Part shown: piece after piece, positions 61,949 through 64,000 of the stretch
Numbering within the stretch: position 1 is the stretch's first letter
Layout: every line of letters begins with the position of its first letter
NCBI GenBank assembly: GCA_963664405.1
Contig: OY761158.1
Span: forward strand, 3,968,001-4,032,000
From: Thermoanaerobaculia bacterium
GTDB lineage: Bacteria; Acidobacteriota; Thermoanaerobaculia; Multivoradales; Multivoraceae
Length of the DNA stretch: 64,000 nucleotides
Direction of reading: 5' to 3'
Made by a program: the position numbers and the translations under genes
The notes under the pieces: generated by a model
What the model was told of the DNA's origin: nothing
The model's input: only the letters and a program-made list of their open reading frames with translations
Database searches by the model: none

Positions 61949-63064
61949 TTGAGCTTCCGCGTACTGCACTCCGAGGGGAAGGCTCGTCTCGGCGTTCTTA
62001 GCACCGCCCACGGAGATGTTCCGACGCCGGCCTTCATGCCGGTGGGTACGCGAGGCGCGGTCAAAGGAGTCGGCCCGCACGAGCTCGAGGCGGCGGGTGC
62101 CTCGATCATGCTCGCGAATCTCTACCATCTCTCCCTTCGCCCCGGCATCGAGGTGATCGAGGGAGTGGGGGGGCTTCACTCCTTCTGTGGTTGGCCTGGG
62201 CCGATCCTGACCGATAGCGGCGGCTATCAGGTCTTCAGCCTCTCCGATCAGCGTCGCATAGATGCCGAGGGGGTGACTTTCAGGAGTCACCTGGACGGTT
62301 CCCCTGTGCGCCTGACGCCGGCGACCGTCGTGGACATGCAAGAGCGGATGGGCGTTGATGTCGCGATGGTGCTCGACGAATGCCCGCCCTGGCCGGTGGA
62401 CGAGGAGGAGGCGTCTGCGGCCCTCCGGCGAACGACGAATTGGGCGCGACTGGCGCGAGAGAGCTGGCGCGAAGGTCCAACCGAGCTCTTCGGCATTGTC
62501 CAGGGGAGCTTCTATCCGCGACTGCGCGAGAGCGCGCTGGAGCAGACCGTTGCCCTCGATTTCGCCGGCTACGCCGTGGGCGGCATCAGTGTGGGGGAGG
62601 AGAGAAGCCTCGGGCGGGCTACCGTGGAGCTCGTGGCCCCCCTCCTCCCGGCGGACAAACCGCGTTATCTGATGGGTGTCGGCACTCCGGCGGATCTCGT
62701 GCACGGCATTCGCTGGGGAGTAGATCTCTTCGACTGCGTCATGCCGGCCCGCCATGCGCGTCACGGGGTCCTCTTTACTCGTGAGGGTCTGCTGCGGATC
62801 AAGAACGCAACCTTCAGCACCGACGAACGGCCGATTGACGCGCGCTGCTCGTGCCCGGCTTGTGTGCGGTTGAGCCGGGCCTTTCTTCGCCACCTCATTT
62901 GCAGCGGTGAGATCACGGGTCAGGTGTTAGCGACCCTGCATAACCTGCGCTTCTATCTTGACTTTGTAGCAGATCTCAGACAAGCTCTCGCGTCCGGATC
63001 GTTCGAGGATTCGGCTGCCGAAATCGCCCGCTACTACCTCGAGGCGGAGGCCAAGACCGACTAA
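61949..63064 (+). CDS. tgt: tRNA-guanine transglycosylase
   Basis: TPAFMPVGT, LTDSGGYQVFSL, GIVQG, PRYLMGVG, CSCPAC, HNL. Confidence 0.97.
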   Translation: MSFRVLHSEGKARLGVLSTAHGDVPTPAFMPVGTRGAVKGVGPHELEAAGASIMLANLYHLSLRPGIEVIEGVGGLHSFCGWPGPILTDSGGYQVFSLSDQRRIDAEGVTFRSHLDGSPVRLTPATVVDMQERMGVDVAMVLDECPPWPVDEEEASAALRRTTNWARLARESWREGPTELFGIVQGSFYPRLRESALEQTVALDFAGYAVGGISVGEERSLGRATVELVAPLLPADKPRYLMGVGTPADLVHGIRWGVDLFDCVMPARHARHGVLFTREGLLRIKNATFSTDERPIDARCSCPACVRLSRAFLRHLICSGEITGQVLATLHNLRFYLDFVADLRQALASGSFEDSAAEIARYYLEAEAKTD

Positions 63065-63166
63065 GAGCGGACGAGGTCGGATCCCCCCTCTCAGCGAGTT
63101 CTCCACGAGATGTTGCGTAGGGATGCGGCGTGATCTCGTACTCGGAAAGCGAACTCGGAGTTGCAC

Positions 63167-63496
63167 ATGATGGGTAGCCTAGCCTCGATGTTGGTCGTTA
63201 TGCAGAGCCAAGCCGCGCCGTCGGTGCTCGTCCAGCTCTTTCCAATCATCCTCATCTTCGGCATTTTCTATCTATTGGTGATCGCGCCCTCCCGCAAGCG
63301 CCAGAAGGCCCTGCAGGAGACGATCGACGCGTTGAAGAAGGGGGATCGAGTAATAACTACCGGGGGCATCTATGGAGACGTCGTCTCTGTCGACGGCTCT
63401 GTCGTCATTCTGCGCATCGCTGAGAACGTGCGCGTCAAGTTGGCAAAGTCGGCCATCACCGGGCTCGAGAAGGATGCCGGGAAGGAGAAAGCTTGA
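63167..63496 (+). CDS. yajC: Preprotein translocase subunit
   Basis: FYLLVIAP..LKKGDRVITTGGIYG. Confidence 0.95.
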   Translation: MMGSLASMLVVMQSQAAPSVLVQLFPIILIFGIFYLLVIAPSRKRQKALQETIDALKKGDRVITTGGIYGDVVSVDGSVVILRIAENVRVKLAKSAITGLEKDAGKEKA

Positions 63497-64000
63497 ATCG
63501 CAGCCTCATAGGGCGGGGGATCGTTATCTTGGCGGTCGTCGTGGGCGCGGGCCTGCTGGCCTATCCCCCTAAAGAGAAGATCAATCTGGGTCTCGATCTG
63601 CGCGGCGGCATTCACCTGGTCTTAGAGGTGCAAGCGGAAGACGCACTGCGTGCCGAAACCGAAAAGGACCTCGATACCTTTGTTCGCCAGATCGACGAGG
63701 ACGGCACAGGAGGTGTCAGCGCCACACGGGTCGATGACAACTCCTTCCGTGTGACTGGAGTGGCCCCGGGTCGTGACAATGAGGTTCAGGAAGTGGTCGA
63801 CGACTTCCTTCCTTTCTGGAGCCATCGCCGCGATGGCGAGGCGCTGCTCTTTCAGCGGCGCATCGAGGAAGAGTCCGACATCAAGGAGCAGGCGGTACGA
63901 CAGGCGCTCCAGACAATCCGGAATCGCATCGACGCGTTCGGTGTAACGGAGCCGGTGATTCAGCGCCAGGGCCTAGGCACCAACCGAATCGTGCTGCAAC
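63493..64000 (+). CDS. secD: Protein translocase subunit SecD (3'-truncated by the window)
   Basis: INLGLDLRGGIHLVLEV..IRNRIDAFGVTEPVIQRQG; not in the ORF track because it runs off the edge. Confidence 0.95.
   Translation, partial: MNRSLIGRGIVILAVVVGAGLLAYPPKEKINLGLDLRGGIHLVLEVQAEDALRAETEKDLDTFVRQIDEDGTGGVSATRVDDNSFRVTGVAPGRDNEVQEVVDDFLPFWSHRRDGEALLFQRRIEEESDIKEQAVRQALQTIRNRIDAFGVTEPVIQRQGLGTNRIVLQ

Overview
High-GC bacterial chromosome segment, probably from an Acidobacteriota-like organism (inferred from gene content, not verified). It has four parts. (1) 1-13.7 kb is a decayed accessory mosaic: PQQ dehydrogenases, a heme c/copper-monooxygenase-like gene pair, an AT-rich foreign fragment, a broken IS91-family element, a complete IS3-like element with a target duplication, a DUF3800 gene and many gene remnants. 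(2) 13.7-23.0 kb is bounded by tRNA-Ala(GGC) and a 50-bp copy of its 3' part. It carries a P4-type tyrosine integrase, an Fe-S module (Rieske, 7Fe ferredoxin, SufR-like regulator, PCD, IscA, stand-alone NuoB, Mrp-DUF971), a divergent full-length RpoD-like sigma factor and a FIST protein. (3) 23-36.8 kb has DUF1800/DUF1501, tRNA-Sec, and a second remnant-rich region with glycosyltransferases. (4) 36.8-64 kb is core genes: moeA, yfhO-like, xdhC, pilR/pilS/pilC/pilT, tmk, holB, a DsbA-family protein, an iodotyrosine-deiodinase-like nitroreductase, MMPL, manC, trmB, an HD hydrolase, folK, lolA, tgt, yajC and secD. Best leads are the tRNA-Ala island (Fe-S module, orphan NuoB, altered RpoD, FIST), two ~170-bp palindromic elements with different stems but a shared core, and four genes with internal deletions that keep both ends. 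All calls come from reading motifs by eye; no searches were run.
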